From NCBI GenBank assembly GCA_037308085.1, contig CP147779.1, positions 2,048,001 to 2,112,000 of the forward strand: a stretch of DNA of 64,000 bases, written 5' to 3'. The DNA is from Promethearchaeati archaeon SRVP18_Atabeyarchaeia-1. GTDB taxonomy: Archaea > Asgardarchaeota > Atabeyarchaeia > Atabeyarchaeales > Atabeyarchaeaceae. The notes below the pieces were generated by a model that worked only from the letters and a program-made list of their open reading frames with translations, was not told the origin of the DNA and did no database searches. The translations under genes were made by a program, and so were the position numbers. This document shows positions 38,858-49,036 of the stretch, piece after piece (position 1 is the stretch's first letter; the number at the start of each line of letters is the position of its first letter).

Positions 38858-39793
38858 CTATTTCTCATGCACATCTGCGAGCGCAGTTATCACTTCGTCC
38901 AAGCTTCTGTAAGTCCCTTCAGGTAGCTCTCTGAGGATTTCTGAGGCGTGAATTCTCTCTGACGCCGCGGAGTCGAAGACCTTCCACCCCTGATCCTTGA
39001 TCAACTCCCCCTTTGTCAGTGGAAAGCGGGAATCCTCCCTCAAGACTTCTCTGAGTGATGATAGCCCCACCGCCTTCGAAACGGGCGGAAACCCGAGGGT
39101 CTGATTGTAGACCTTGAATCTTGCGGCGTCGATGTACATCTTCAAGCCATGGAAGGATAACACCACCTTCTTCGCCTTGCTCTTCTTGACCTTCTCATCT
39201 ATTAGCTTCAGTTCCTTATCGTCAAATTGGTAGACGTTATGTCTTCCTTTGCCAAAGAGCCGCGTGTAAACCACGTCGGTGCTGTAGGCAGGGTCATCCC
39301 TCGACAGGTCGACGCAGTGTATCATCTTCAAATCCTGCATAGTCCTCAACAAGTGTTCTGGTAGCGCTCCCTGTCGGGTCTTTGCCCTCACCTCAAACGC
39401 GACTCTTATTCCAGCCATGTCCGAGGATTCAAACAGATCCCTGATTGCTGTCGCCTTGGGCTTCGTTACTTCGAAGCTTGGCGACGTCTGCATCTGCAGA
39501 ATTGTTGCATGAAGCGTCCTGCAGATCTCTATGTCCTTCCTCAATACTCTGTGGGAATCATCGGTCGGCTCAAACTCGTACTTGTGCGTGAGGTCTCTGT
39601 GGCACCTGACCGAGAACTCAAAGTCTTTCGGAACCCTCTCCCTCCACGCCGCAACCGTGTTCATTCCAGGCGTCTCATAGAACGTGGAGTTGACTTCCAC
39701 GAAATTGAAGGCTCTTGAGTACGCCCTCAGGGAGTCCACACCTGGAACCTGGAAGTAAGCCCAGCCACCAGCGCCAATCCTATATTCCGCCAA
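38858..39793 (-). CDS. DUF72-domain protein with a C-terminal DUF2795-like module
   Basis: IGAGGWAY, FVEVNSTFY, YTRLFG; tail FPLTK.ELI...LPE..Y.S.DEV. Confidence 0.85.
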   Translation of the reverse strand: MAEYRIGAGGWAYFQVPGVDSLRAYSRAFNFVEVNSTFYETPGMNTVAAWRERVPKDFEFSVRCHRDLTHKYEFEPTDDSHRVLRKDIEICRTLHATILQMQTSPSFEVTKPKATAIRDLFESSDMAGIRVAFEVRAKTRQGALPEHLLRTMQDLKMIHCVDLSRDDPAYSTDVVYTRLFGKGRHNVYQFDDKELKLIDEKVKKSKAKKVVLSFHGLKMYIDAARFKVYNQTLGFPPVSKAVGLSSLREVLREDSRFPLTKGELIKDQGWKVFDSAASERIHASEILRELPEGTYRSLDEVITALADVHEK

Positions 39794-39958
39794 GCCCCAT
39801 CAGACCAACACAATTCTTCATAGCCGAGCCAAGTGCTCTGCTACTCCTAGACACGCACCTCCAGTATTTAATCTACCATTTTGCTCCGCGCCATGGATTC
39901 TGGGTCAACTTCATTGAAGAGCGGGGTGGAAGTCTGCGCCTCCTTCTCAGTCCGAATC

Positions 39959-40597
39959 TCAGCCGGAAAGAAAGCAGTAGGCACCCACGGCGCCCACAAG
40001 GATGTTCAGCGGTTGAGCCGCCAGGTACGAGAAGAACGGGTCTACGGTTGCCATGCATGAGAAGACGTATAGGATTCCCGCGACGAGCCACAGGTCACTG
40101 TGCTTAGAATACTTCCGGAAGACGAGGAAAAACGCTCCCAGTAGCCCAGCGGTCAGACCAAGAAGAATGCTATATGAGAAGAAGATTTGCCATCCGAGTG
40201 TAGTCAGGGTGTACGATCCGGGATACATGGTCGAGACTATTGCTCCGGAGTAGACCAGAAAGTGGTAAAGGATGCCGGCAACTGCAGCATTAAGGCCAAA
40301 TATGGCTGCTGCTAAGCCCACGGCGTTTCTCTTGGTTCTCGACGCAACTCTCGCCATGGAAATGAACAGCAACAGGACAAAGAGTACGAAGAGAGGATAG
40401 TCAATAATCGCAATTAATGGGCTGATGAGGACTTCATATGGGAATCCTACCATGGAAATCGTGGCAGAGGCAAGATAGAGAACCGCGAAGTAGATCGCAA
40501 GGAGTGACTGCGCAGCTCCTCCGACGGCGAGCTCGTGCTGAGTCAGCAAGGTCGGCTCTCTTCTCGTAGGTTCGCTGGGTTCCGATTCGGTCATCAT
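39959..40597 (-). CDS. Membrane protein, paralog of the upstream gene
   Basis: About 6 TM helices; shares GG.AQ, S.LWL.AG..Y and CFLSG with 40609-41421. Confidence 0.7.
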   Translation of the reverse strand: MMTESEPSEPTRREPTLLTQHELAVGGAAQSLLAIYFAVLYLASATISMVGFPYEVLISPLIAIIDYPLFVLFVLLLFISMARVASRTKRNAVGLAAAIFGLNAAVAGILYHFLVYSGAIVSTMYPGSYTLTTLGWQIFFSYSILLGLTAGLLGAFFLVFRKYSKHSDLWLVAGILYVFSCMATVDPFFSYLAAQPLNILVGAVGAYCFLSG

Positions 40598-40608
40598 CTC
40601 TTGCTCCT

Positions 40609-41421
40609 CTACGTTTTTTGGGTTGCTCCGCCGCTCAGGAAGCATGTAGCACCCACGATTCCGGCGACAACAGTGGTGCTGGGGAACTCAAAGATAATCG
40701 GATACGCAAGTCCTGATATCCCTGCCATTACATATATTAGACCCGCTATCAGCCAAAGCTCACTATCCGAGTAGAGCCTCCTGTGCACCATCAGGAAGAT
40801 GCCGGTTGACACCAGGGTCAGGTCAACGGATATGGCGCCTATTGTCTGGAGGGACAGCAAGAACTGACCCATGGCACTGAGGTAATAGACTGGGAAGGCA
40901 ACTGCTTGGCCAAGTAGCAGACAGCCATAGAAGAACGCCATGGTTATGAAGGCTATGAGCCCAAGCGCAAAAACCGCTGTTCCTAGGCGACGTGGGGGAA
41001 AACGTCCATCGATTCGCCCGCTTGAGACTCTGAAGGCTATTACAAAGATGAGGAAAATGAAAGCCACGAATATGCCCACTAGCGACATCGACAAGTAACC
41101 TCCGGTGATGTAAATTGGGGCTATATATCCGTAGTAAAAGTATGCCAGGTTCATCAAGATTGCTGCAACGACAAGAAAAGCTTGGGCGACGCCGCCAGGA
41201 ATGAGATCTGGGGCAGTTCCTCCCGAGACAAGCGGAATGGTTCTTCCGCCGCGAATCTGGCTCCGGATCTCGTCGATACTGAGAGATTCTGCGATTATCC
41301 TGATCAGCTCTTCTTTGGAAGCCGAAGACTGGACTTGAGATCTTGACGCCTCCCTGGCCATCTCCGCCAGCTGGCCATGGCTGAGCCCACGAAGTGCTCT
41401 CTCCTTTTTACCCTCTGGCAT
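40609..41421 (-). CDS. Membrane protein with an N-terminal SAP/HeH-like helical extension
   Basis: LS..QLAEMARE......SKEELIRII followed by about 6 TM helices. Confidence 0.7.
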   Translation of the reverse strand: MPEGKKERALRGLSHGQLAEMAREASRSQVQSSASKEELIRIIAESLSIDEIRSQIRGGRTIPLVSGGTAPDLIPGGVAQAFLVVAAILMNLAYFYYGYIAPIYITGGYLSMSLVGIFVAFIFLIFVIAFRVSSGRIDGRFPPRRLGTAVFALGLIAFITMAFFYGCLLLGQAVAFPVYYLSAMGQFLLSLQTIGAISVDLTLVSTGIFLMVHRRLYSDSELWLIAGLIYVMAGISGLAYPIIFEFPSTTVVAGIVGATCFLSGGATQKT

Positions 41422-41682
41422 CTCAGCCCCCTCTTCAGTCGCTATAAGCTCTGAGCCAACTTGTATTTAATAATTCCGAAGCGATTACCCTGAGAATCCG
41501 CGAAGGTGCTATCCTCCCCATTATCGACAGGACCTGCGCCTTACCATAAGCTGCTTTTCTCCGTCTCTCCAGTGCGCCAGGTCCGCGGCTCATCCTGGAT
41601 CATCTTCTCATTCTTCAAAGGGTTGGCCATTCTCATTGCAGGATCGCTATTTTAATAGTCTTCAGCGGTCTCTCTATGAGTA

Positions 41683-42876
41683 GTGGTGGGCCTCTCTTTG
41701 GGAGATATAATGCTTGGGACATCGGGCTGGTCATACGAGGAATGGGTGGAGCCTTTCTACAGGTTCAGGAAGATAAGCAAGCTCCGCTACTACAATAGTG
41801 TGTTCAAGACAGCCGAGATAGATTCCACCTTCTACCGGTACCCAAACGAGGGCACAGTTTTCGGCTGGCTCAGGTACACGGACCCCCGATTTGTCTTCAC
41901 TGCAAAGCTTCCGCGGCTAATTACTCATGACAAGATGCTTGACCTAAATCAAGGCGTCGAAGATGACCTTAACAGGTTCTGCCAATTGATGCGTCGCCTG
42001 CTTGATGCTGGCAAGCTTGGATGCCTCCTGATCCAGCTTCCTCCAAAGTTCACGGTGAACGAGATCGGGGATCTGGAGCGGTTCCTCGAGATTCTACCAA
42101 GAGAGTTCCAGTTCGCTGTAGAGTTCCGAGATCTGTCGTGGATAGTTGAGGATACCTGGAATCTCCTCTCAAAGCACAAGGTTGCTTATACTATTGTAGA
42201 TGAACCGCTCTTGCCCCCTGAGATAAGGGTCACTTCGAAGATTGCGTACTTCAGGTGGCATGGCAAGGGGCGCAGACCTTGGTTTGACTACAGGTACAAG
42301 ATTGAGGAGTTGAAGCCATGGGTACCAAGAGTCAAGGAGGTTGCTACCAAAGCAGAGAAAGTCTACGGCTACTTCAACAATCATTATCACGGCTATGCCG
42401 TCGAGAATTGCCTACAGGTGCTTGAGATATTAGGTGCTTTGACCCCCGAACAATCCCGTGCCAAAGCGCACGTGGAGGCATCCTTCGCCAAGCCACAGAG
42501 AAATCTAAGATCTGAAGCTAAGGCAGGCGCACTTGATCAGTGGATGGGGCAAAGTCGCGAGGAGATAATCGAAGAACTCGCAGGTCAAGAGAGAATGAAG
42601 AGGGCCAGGAAGATCAAGGACGAGGAGATCAAGATCGAGGAGGCTACCGACTCTATTCTAAGGGCGACAGTCCGAGACTACCACGTTGTCATCGACACTG
42701 AGAACAAAGTGATACTCCACGACTGTGCAGACTGGGACAGGTTGATTCCCGAGAAGAAGCTGTGCAAGCACATGGCGAAGCTAATGCTCTTCGTAGACGA
42801 GGAGATCGCATCTAGCATTGTCAAGAAGATCCGCTCTGAGGTGGATCGATGGGAATTCAAGCCATACACTTCATAG
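41683..42876 (+). CDS. DUF72-domain protein fused to a C-terminal SWIM-type zinc finger
   Basis: GTSGWSY.EW, EIDSTFY, QLPP, VEFR, YFRWHG, YFNNH; C-terminal HDC.DW......LCKH. Confidence 0.9.
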   Translation: MVGLSLGDIMLGTSGWSYEEWVEPFYRFRKISKLRYYNSVFKTAEIDSTFYRYPNEGTVFGWLRYTDPRFVFTAKLPRLITHDKMLDLNQGVEDDLNRFCQLMRRLLDAGKLGCLLIQLPPKFTVNEIGDLERFLEILPREFQFAVEFRDLSWIVEDTWNLLSKHKVAYTIVDEPLLPPEIRVTSKIAYFRWHGKGRRPWFDYRYKIEELKPWVPRVKEVATKAEKVYGYFNNHYHGYAVENCLQVLEILGALTPEQSRAKAHVEASFAKPQRNLRSEAKAGALDQWMGQSREEIIEELAGQERMKRARKIKDEEIKIEEATDSILRATVRDYHVVIDTENKVILHDCADWDRLIPEKKLCKHMAKLMLFVDEEIASSIVKKIRSEVDRWEFKPYTS

Positions 42877-42959
42877 CTTTCTATCTGGGTGTTTGGCCTC
42901 GAAGGGTGACCTGCGAGAAAAATAGTTAGGGGGAGAGTAGTCCCATCTCTATGCGTCAC

Positions 42960-43418
42960 TCACTCCTCTACTCTAACTGCCCCAGGTAAGAATGCGCCAA
43001 GCAGATCTCTCATGTGCTCAAACTCTTCATGACCACCCATAGAGATCTCTATTTCCTTCCCTTGCGTCGGCCTTATCTTGATGTGCCCGCGATGCAATGT
43101 GCCTGGCTTCTTAATCTCTATGTACGATATGTTCTCCTTGTAGACCTCAAAGTCCTTATCCTTCTCCAATTCCTTGATCTGCTTTGCTCCTTCGTCCTTC
43201 GTGAACGCCTGCGCAAAGGCGGATCTCAGTATGTCTCCTTTGACCGTGCCAGCGTGCCCGCCCATCAGGCCTGCGACCATCCAGCCACCTAAGACGCCTC
43301 TTCTCTTCTTGACGCCGATTATCCTTCTGCTCGTGGCATAGACTCCATAGCCCGACATGTGCCCTTTCTTGAAATTGGCGCTCGTCATGCCGCCGAAGTA
43401 CACTTCTTCTTGTTCCAA
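42960..43418 (-). CDS. Hypothetical protein, PH-like fold
   Basis: TTG start after GGGGG; YATSRRII, I..IEIKKPG...G.I.I beta pattern and a terminal helix. Confidence 0.6.
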   Translation of the reverse strand: MEQEEVYFGGMTSANFKKGHMSGYGVYATSRRIIGVKKRRGVLGGWMVAGLMGGHAGTVKGDILRSAFAQAFTKDEGAKQIKELEKDKDFEVYKENISYIEIKKPGTLHRGHIKIRPTQGKEIEISMGGHEEFEHMRDLLGAFLPGAVRVEE

Positions 43419-43616
43419 GTACTTACCCCCATTTCCATTCGCTACTGGATCATATTCGGTGCAGAATTCCCAATAAAGGTTACTGCTTGCTTGCGGAATT
43501 CCCAACAAAAGAAGGCAAAGCATCAGCTCTTCTTCCTAGAGTCTGCATGAGATTCTAAAATCTGGCGCTGGTGGATCACCAGAAGAAAAGCTCCGCAGGA
43601 TGGCTTGTCCTGCGAT

Positions 43617-45434
43617 CTACTTGAGCTGTGCTGCAACGTCATTGAGACCGAGCTTCTTCAGGGTAGCTTGTGTGGGTATCCCATTCTTGTCCCATCCACG
43701 CTTCTCGTAATAGAGGCTTAGCATTGAGTCGTACTGCGACTTGTCGAGTTTCGATCCCTTGAGTGGACCCTGGGTAATTGCCTCCTCGAACCAGCGCGCT
43801 GGCGGCTGGTCCATTGCCCTATTCCATGATTTGCCGAACTCCCGGACCCAGAATGCTCTGATGAGATTCCAGACTCGGTCTGCAACCTCAAAGAGGTTGT
43901 TCATCGTATAGCTTACTCCCGTAACACTCTTCAGGATCTTTGGGTAGAATCCGAGGTCGAAGCCAAGCTCAACCCACGGCAGTCTGCATGCAGTTAGACA
44001 CTCGAAGAGCCCGCCTCTGAGTCTCTGGAGCTCTATGACTTTGTCGACCTTGTTAGCGCCATACCCCGGCCCTCCGGTTGTCACCTCCCAGGATATGACC
44101 CAAGCGTCTTTGTGGTGCGCCCCTATTGAGCATGTTCCAAATGATAACGCCATGGCGGGCATCGCATGGCAGTCATATGCGGAGATCTCAAGTCCCTTGA
44201 CGTGCATAGCCCACTTTTCGGACCCGTTTCCAAGTTGCCGGGCTGCCGCCTTCACCCCCTGGGCAAGCAACCTGCCGAGTGGTGTACGTTGCTCAGCTAT
44301 GTCCTCCAACAGCTTCCGCGCAGCTTTGTAGTCTCCCCATTCGATGCCTTCCTGAATGATCCTCTTCTGAGAGGCTTCCATAGCAAAGCCGATTGCGTTT
44401 CCGACGGAGATAGTGTCTACACCGTATTCGTCGCAGAGCCTGTTTAGAGCGGCCACCTGCTTGAGGTCGCCGATTCCTAGGTTTGAGCCCAGGAGCACTG
44501 CATTCTCGTAGTCAATCTCTGCCGTTTCGCCATTGCAGTCTTTCACGACATTCCCGCAAGTCATATTGCAGTTGGGGCACCCCCTGTTGTCGGTCTTGAT
44601 CTTCTCCATGGCGTCACCGCCGATTGCGGAGCCTTTTTCGAACACGCCTTCCTTGTAGTTTAGCGTGGGCATGACGCCGTGCTCTTGGCTCCACTCTACA
44701 GTGGACATTGTTCCTTGGCGCTTCCAGAATCCGTAGTTGGGCTTTCCAAGGACCTCCTTGTAGCCTTCTGCCCCAAGCTTCTTGACTTCCTCCGGATTGG
44801 CGAACTTTATTTCGCGGTTGCCTGAGATTACGATAGCCTTGAGCTTCTTTGATCCCATGACTGCGCCCATGCCTGGGCGCCCACCAGCTCTGCCCTCCTG
44901 GGATATGATGTTGGCGTACTTGACGAGTCCCTCGCCAGCCTTTCCTATCACCAGGACTCCTATCTGCTTCCCATATTTCTCGCGCAGTTTCTTTTCGACT
45001 GTGAAGGTCCCTTGCCCCCACAAATCGTCGGCGCTTACTATCTCGCTCTTCTCGTTTTCCACGTGAAGGTACACTGGCTTCCCGCTGGCTCCGCTGATCA
45101 CTATTGCCTCGTATCCAGCTTTTCTCAGATACACTGAAGCTAACGTCCCAATGTTACCGTCACCGTATCCTCCCGTCAATGGGCTTTTCGCGGCAACTAC
45201 GAGTTTCCCCGGGCTTGGCAAACCCAGCCCCGTGAGGGGCCCGGCTGCCACAATCAACTCATTACCAGGGGAGAGGGGATCTGTTCCTGGTTTCAGGTCG
45301 TCCCACAGTATTTTCGCCGCGAATCCTCTGCCCCCTAGGAACTTGGAGGCAAAGCCAGCATCATATTCCTGAATTGTGGACTTACGGGTTGTAAGGTCAA
45401 CGCGGAGAATCTTGCCATTCCATCCCTTCAACAA
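43617..45434 (-). CDS. aor: Tungsten-containing aldehyde:ferredoxin oxidoreductase family protein
   Basis: LGGRG, KSPLTG, GR.GMGAVMGSKKLKAI, C..C...C, D..G.DTIS, YY..RGWD..G.P. Confidence 0.93.
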   Translation of the reverse strand: MLKGWNGKILRVDLTTRKSTIQEYDAGFASKFLGGRGFAAKILWDDLKPGTDPLSPGNELIVAAGPLTGLGLPSPGKLVVAAKSPLTGGYGDGNIGTLASVYLRKAGYEAIVISGASGKPVYLHVENEKSEIVSADDLWGQGTFTVEKKLREKYGKQIGVLVIGKAGEGLVKYANIISQEGRAGGRPGMGAVMGSKKLKAIVISGNREIKFANPEEVKKLGAEGYKEVLGKPNYGFWKRQGTMSTVEWSQEHGVMPTLNYKEGVFEKGSAIGGDAMEKIKTDNRGCPNCNMTCGNVVKDCNGETAEIDYENAVLLGSNLGIGDLKQVAALNRLCDEYGVDTISVGNAIGFAMEASQKRIIQEGIEWGDYKAARKLLEDIAEQRTPLGRLLAQGVKAAARQLGNGSEKWAMHVKGLEISAYDCHAMPAMALSFGTCSIGAHHKDAWVISWEVTTGGPGYGANKVDKVIELQRLRGGLFECLTACRLPWVELGFDLGFYPKILKSVTGVSYTMNNLFEVADRVWNLIRAFWVREFGKSWNRAMDQPPARWFEEAITQGPLKGSKLDKSQYDSMLSLYYEKRGWDKNGIPTQATLKKLGLNDVAAQLK

Positions 45435-45724
45435 TAATCATCACCACTTAACTCGTCAGACAAACTCTACTCACGATTCACGATCTTATAAAACTGCATA
45501 TGGGGCACTCACAATTTGGGCAAATCCGCGGCGGGGCTTACAAATATACGGTTGGTCTATCCGCCACAAATCAATAACCATATTATCGAGACATAACGAA
45601 GTTCGTTGGGTCCTGCCGGATCCCAGATGTGATCGTCCCCTGGCAACGGGAGAAAACGCGGCGGTGCCAGCTCCGTCATGGACGGTGGAAAAGAGTAGAA
45701 GAGTTCTACCGACCCTTCCCCCGG

Positions 45725-46483
45725 CTATTTCCTTCTGCCGAAGGCCAAGGTTCCAATGACTATCATGATTGCGTCGAAAGCAACGACAACGAGGATGTCG
45801 ATGTAGAGTGGAAATAAGGCAACGCCTGGGACGGATCCGATTATGATCGTTCTCAGCGCGTCGACTCCATAAGTCATTGGGTTGAAATAGGTGACCGTCT
45901 GAAGCCAACCGGTGGCGCCTAAAACGGGAAAAAGCGCGCCACTCGTGAAGAATATTGGCAGCGTTACGAAGCTTTGTATGACTCCGAAGCTCTCAAGGCT
46001 TGACATTGAGCTGGCTATGGATAGTCCAATGCAGACAAGTCCGAAAGTCACCATTACCATTAGCGGAAGAGCGATTAGAAATATCAGGAGGTTCAGGGGA
46101 ACCTGAATTATGAAGCCCAGCATGAAAGTAATGACGCCCTGGATTAGCGCGTCGGTGCTGTTTCCCAGCATCTTACCTATAAATATCGAGCCTCTCGATA
46201 CGGGCGCCACGAGTATCTCCTTGAGAAAGCCAAACTCCCTGTCCCAGATCACGGAGATGCCCATGAACATTGACGTGAAGAGCATGGTCTGCGCGATTAT
46301 CCCAGGAAAAAGGAACTCCTGGTAGGGAATTGGGAGTCCTTGAATTGTTCTGCCAAAACCAGATCCAAATATCAGTAGCCAAAGTGCGGGCTGAACGAAA
46401 GAGCTGATAGGTCGCACTCTCTCTCGGAAGTACCGCTTGACCTCCCTCAGCCACAGCGTATATATTGCTCTTGCCTCGGTCAT
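45725..46483 (-). CDS. ABC-2 type exporter permease
   Basis: DREFGFLKEILVAPVSR, SGALFP, NPMTYGVDALR. Confidence 0.93.
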   Translation of the reverse strand: MTEARAIYTLWLREVKRYFRERVRPISSFVQPALWLLIFGSGFGRTIQGLPIPYQEFLFPGIIAQTMLFTSMFMGISVIWDREFGFLKEILVAPVSRGSIFIGKMLGNSTDALIQGVITFMLGFIIQVPLNLLIFLIALPLMVMVTFGLVCIGLSIASSMSSLESFGVIQSFVTLPIFFTSGALFPVLGATGWLQTVTYFNPMTYGVDALRTIIIGSVPGVALFPLYIDILVVVAFDAIMIVIGTLAFGRRK

Positions 46484-47472
46484 CTCACAGCTCTCCTCCT
46501 GGCGGCGGCTACGCCATGATACTCCTTGCCTTCTTCCTCCCTAATCGCTCTTCCAGTGTAGTGGAGAAAAACGTCCCCCAAGTCGGGTTCGTGAAGCGAT
46601 ATAGACTCGACGCGTATGCCAGAACTTGCAGCAGTCTCAACGATCCTTGGCAGAGTCTCGTGCCCGTTCTTGACGTGCACTGTGAGTTCATTCTGAGATG
46701 TGGAAGCCTTGCTTACCAGCGCCGACCTTTCCAGAAGTTGGGATAGCTTTTCAGCTTCGGAAGTCTTTATGGCAATTGTCTCTTCTCCTAGGCTCTCCTT
46801 CAGTTTGTCCGGGGTGTCTAGCGCGACTATCTTCCCATAGTCGATTATGGCTATTCGGTCGCAGAGCTTGTCTGCTTCCTCCATGTAGTGCGTTGTGAGG
46901 ATTATGGTTATGTCCTCTTTCTTGCTTAGCTCCTTTATGTAGGTCCAGATGTGCTCACGGGTCTGCGGGTCAAGGCCGATCGTTGGCTCATCCAGAAACA
47001 GCACTCTTGGGTAGTGTATAAGACCTCGCGCTATCTCCAGTCTTCGGCGCATGCCGCCGGAGTACGTTCGCAGCAAGTTGTCTGCCCTCTCGTCCAGCTG
47101 AACGAGTCTAAGCAGTACTTCGATCCTCTCTTTCGCAACGCCACTATCTACTCCGTAGAGGTTTGCGTGCATCGACATGTTCTCGCGGCCCGTCAGTCTG
47201 TCATCAACGCTAGGTTCCTGAAATACAATTCCTATGGATTTCCTCACCTGACCGGGTTGTTTAACGATGTCAAATCCATTCACGGTCGCTGTCCCAGATG
47301 TTGGCTTTAGGATCGTGCAGAGCATCGATATCGTGGTGGTCTTGCCGGCGCCGTTCGGGCCGAGAAGACCGAATACTTCACCATGATTGACCTCGATGTT
47401 GAGGTTATCGACAGCTACCAAATCTCCAAACGCTCTTGTGAGGTTCTTTGTTTCAATAATGTAGCTCGTGAT
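46480..47472 (-). CDS. ABC transporter ATP-binding protein (DrrA-like); probable non-canonical ATC start at 47472
   Basis: GPNGAGKTT, YSGGMRRRL, LFLDEPT, TTHYM; the frame extends to ITSYIIETKNLTRAFGD upstream of the track's TTG. Confidence 0.92.
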   Translation of the reverse strand: MTSYIIETKNLTRAFGDLVAVDNLNIEVNHGEVFGLLGPNGAGKTTTISMLCTILKPTSGTATVNGFDIVKQPGQVRKSIGIVFQEPSVDDRLTGRENMSMHANLYGVDSGVAKERIEVLLRLVQLDERADNLLRTYSGGMRRRLEIARGLIHYPRVLFLDEPTIGLDPQTREHIWTYIKELSKKEDITIILTTHYMEEADKLCDRIAIIDYGKIVALDTPDKLKESLGEETIAIKTSEAEKLSQLLERSALVSKASTSQNELTVHVKNGHETLPRIVETAASSGIRVESISLHEPDLGDVFLHYTGRAIREEEGKEYHGVAAARRRAVR

Positions 47473-48130
47473 GTTTCCACCATCCGCCCAGAACGTGCAG
47501 ATCGGGGATTGAGACCCAAGGGAGGAAGACTCATCCCCCAGCTCTAGGCAGGCTCCGAGTAGAAAAGCCTTCTGTTTATTTGGATGAGCGAATGTTCGTC
47601 AACCTTAAGCAGGCTAATTGGCGGTAAATGGTGCCGCGCGGTCGGTGGACATGGTTAGAATGGAGGGAGCCTTTGAGAGCGCAGTACTAGTTCGCGGGCG
47701 CTGGACGCTTACTGGCAAACAGCTTCTTCGTCGCGTCATTGAGTGCAAGAGTATCAACCGAGATCTACCTGCCGCAGCCAACCCGATGACGAAACTCTGT
47801 CTCACTTCCCCCTATGCGGGCAGTCCACGCGTCGGATCAAGTACCTGCATCGCTCTTCTGCATCGTTGTCCTCGCCACCGAATCGGAGTTCTTTGCTTTT
47901 CACAGGAACATATTTATTATCTAAGGACGGCGCAATAACCAGTTAATCAATATGACTAGAGACGGTGGGGTCAGGAGCGAGTCCTAGAACGAAGGCCGTG
48001 GCGCAGTGCCTCCGGCCAGAGTCTTGGGCTGGTTCACTCAAGTCTTTTTGAGACAAAGCTTAAATATAGTTGATAAGATAATAAGAACTAAACCCATAGG
48101 TTCCTTCCATAAATCAGGAGTGAAAAGTTA

Positions 48131-49036
48131 GTGGGAGAAGGCGAATCCTCGTCAGGTGATGATGAGGACTCTGATTCGGATTCCGATCCGGGCCCAGGTC
48201 CGGATTGTGAGTCCAATGGACTGGTAGCAAACCGCTCGATTTTTGGCGACCGATGCGCGAGCTTGTACTTTGGTGACGCGACTAGCTCTCCCGCGGTCGG
48301 TGCGGGCAGAGAGACTCTGAACTTGCTGGTCGTCTCTGACTTCAAGCTTCAGTTGCCAGGAGTAAAGGTAGTGGGAACAAGGAGTTTCCTTGGATGCCTT
48401 AACAGGCAGCCATCGGTTGTGAACATTAGCCCAGACTACCGCTACATGAAAATGGGCTATTACGTCTCATTGCACGCAGACTTGATAGGTAGCCCGGTAA
48501 TCCCGAGGTGCGCGGATGCCCTCGACGTCTACCGTACTCCAATTTCGTTGCTCAGGGCATCGAAGGCCGGAATACCTGTGGTGCCTTACTTGGTGACAGA
48601 CTCCGCGGAGGAGGTCATCTCTGGATTTGACCTTCCAGTTATGATCTTTGCAGTCAACCCATTCCCGACTTATGGCTTCCAGGTGGCATACTCGAAAAGC
48701 GGGCTATACGCGGTAATGAAGCGCCTAACAATGAATAAGCGCTACATGGTCTGCGCAATGCCAGTTCTCGGGGAGCTAGTCTCACTCAAGACTCTCTTCG
48801 GCATTCCAATTAATCTCTTAACAAAGAATGTGTGCGACGGAGAGGTGCGGAGAATCTCCGAAATGGTATTTGAGGAATTCAGGGTTCCAATGTTCAAATC
48901 GTACATGCAGCGCAAGGGCGATCAGCTCTACTTATGCGGCTTAGATCCACTGAAAGATTCCGGTAGGCTCAACGCAACGGAGTCTGCCCTTATCGAAGAA
49001 GGGGTAACCAAGGCAGGTGAGTCGCTTGGCCAATAA
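48131..49036 (+). CDS. RimK-like ATP-grasp N-terminal (RLAN) domain protein with an acidic low-complexity N-terminus
   Basis: VVNIS.DYRYM..GYYVSLHA; AGGAGTGA RBS before the GTG; begins GEGESSSGDDEDSDSDSDPGPGP. Confidence 0.8.
   Translation: MGEGESSSGDDEDSDSDSDPGPGPDCESNGLVANRSIFGDRCASLYFGDATSSPAVGAGRETLNLLVVSDFKLQLPGVKVVGTRSFLGCLNRQPSVVNISPDYRYMKMGYYVSLHADLIGSPVIPRCADALDVYRTPISLLRASKAGIPVVPYLVTDSAEEVISGFDLPVMIFAVNPFPTYGFQVAYSKSGLYAVMKRLTMNKRYMVCAMPVLGELVSLKTLFGIPINLLTKNVCDGEVRRISEMVFEEFRVPMFKSYMQRKGDQLYLCGLDPLKDSGRLNATESALIEEGVTKAGESLGQ

Noticed and set aside
47614-47946. Overlapping short ORFs between the ABC and RimK operons
   Set aside because: No motifs or RBS and an atypical composition; treated as intergenic.
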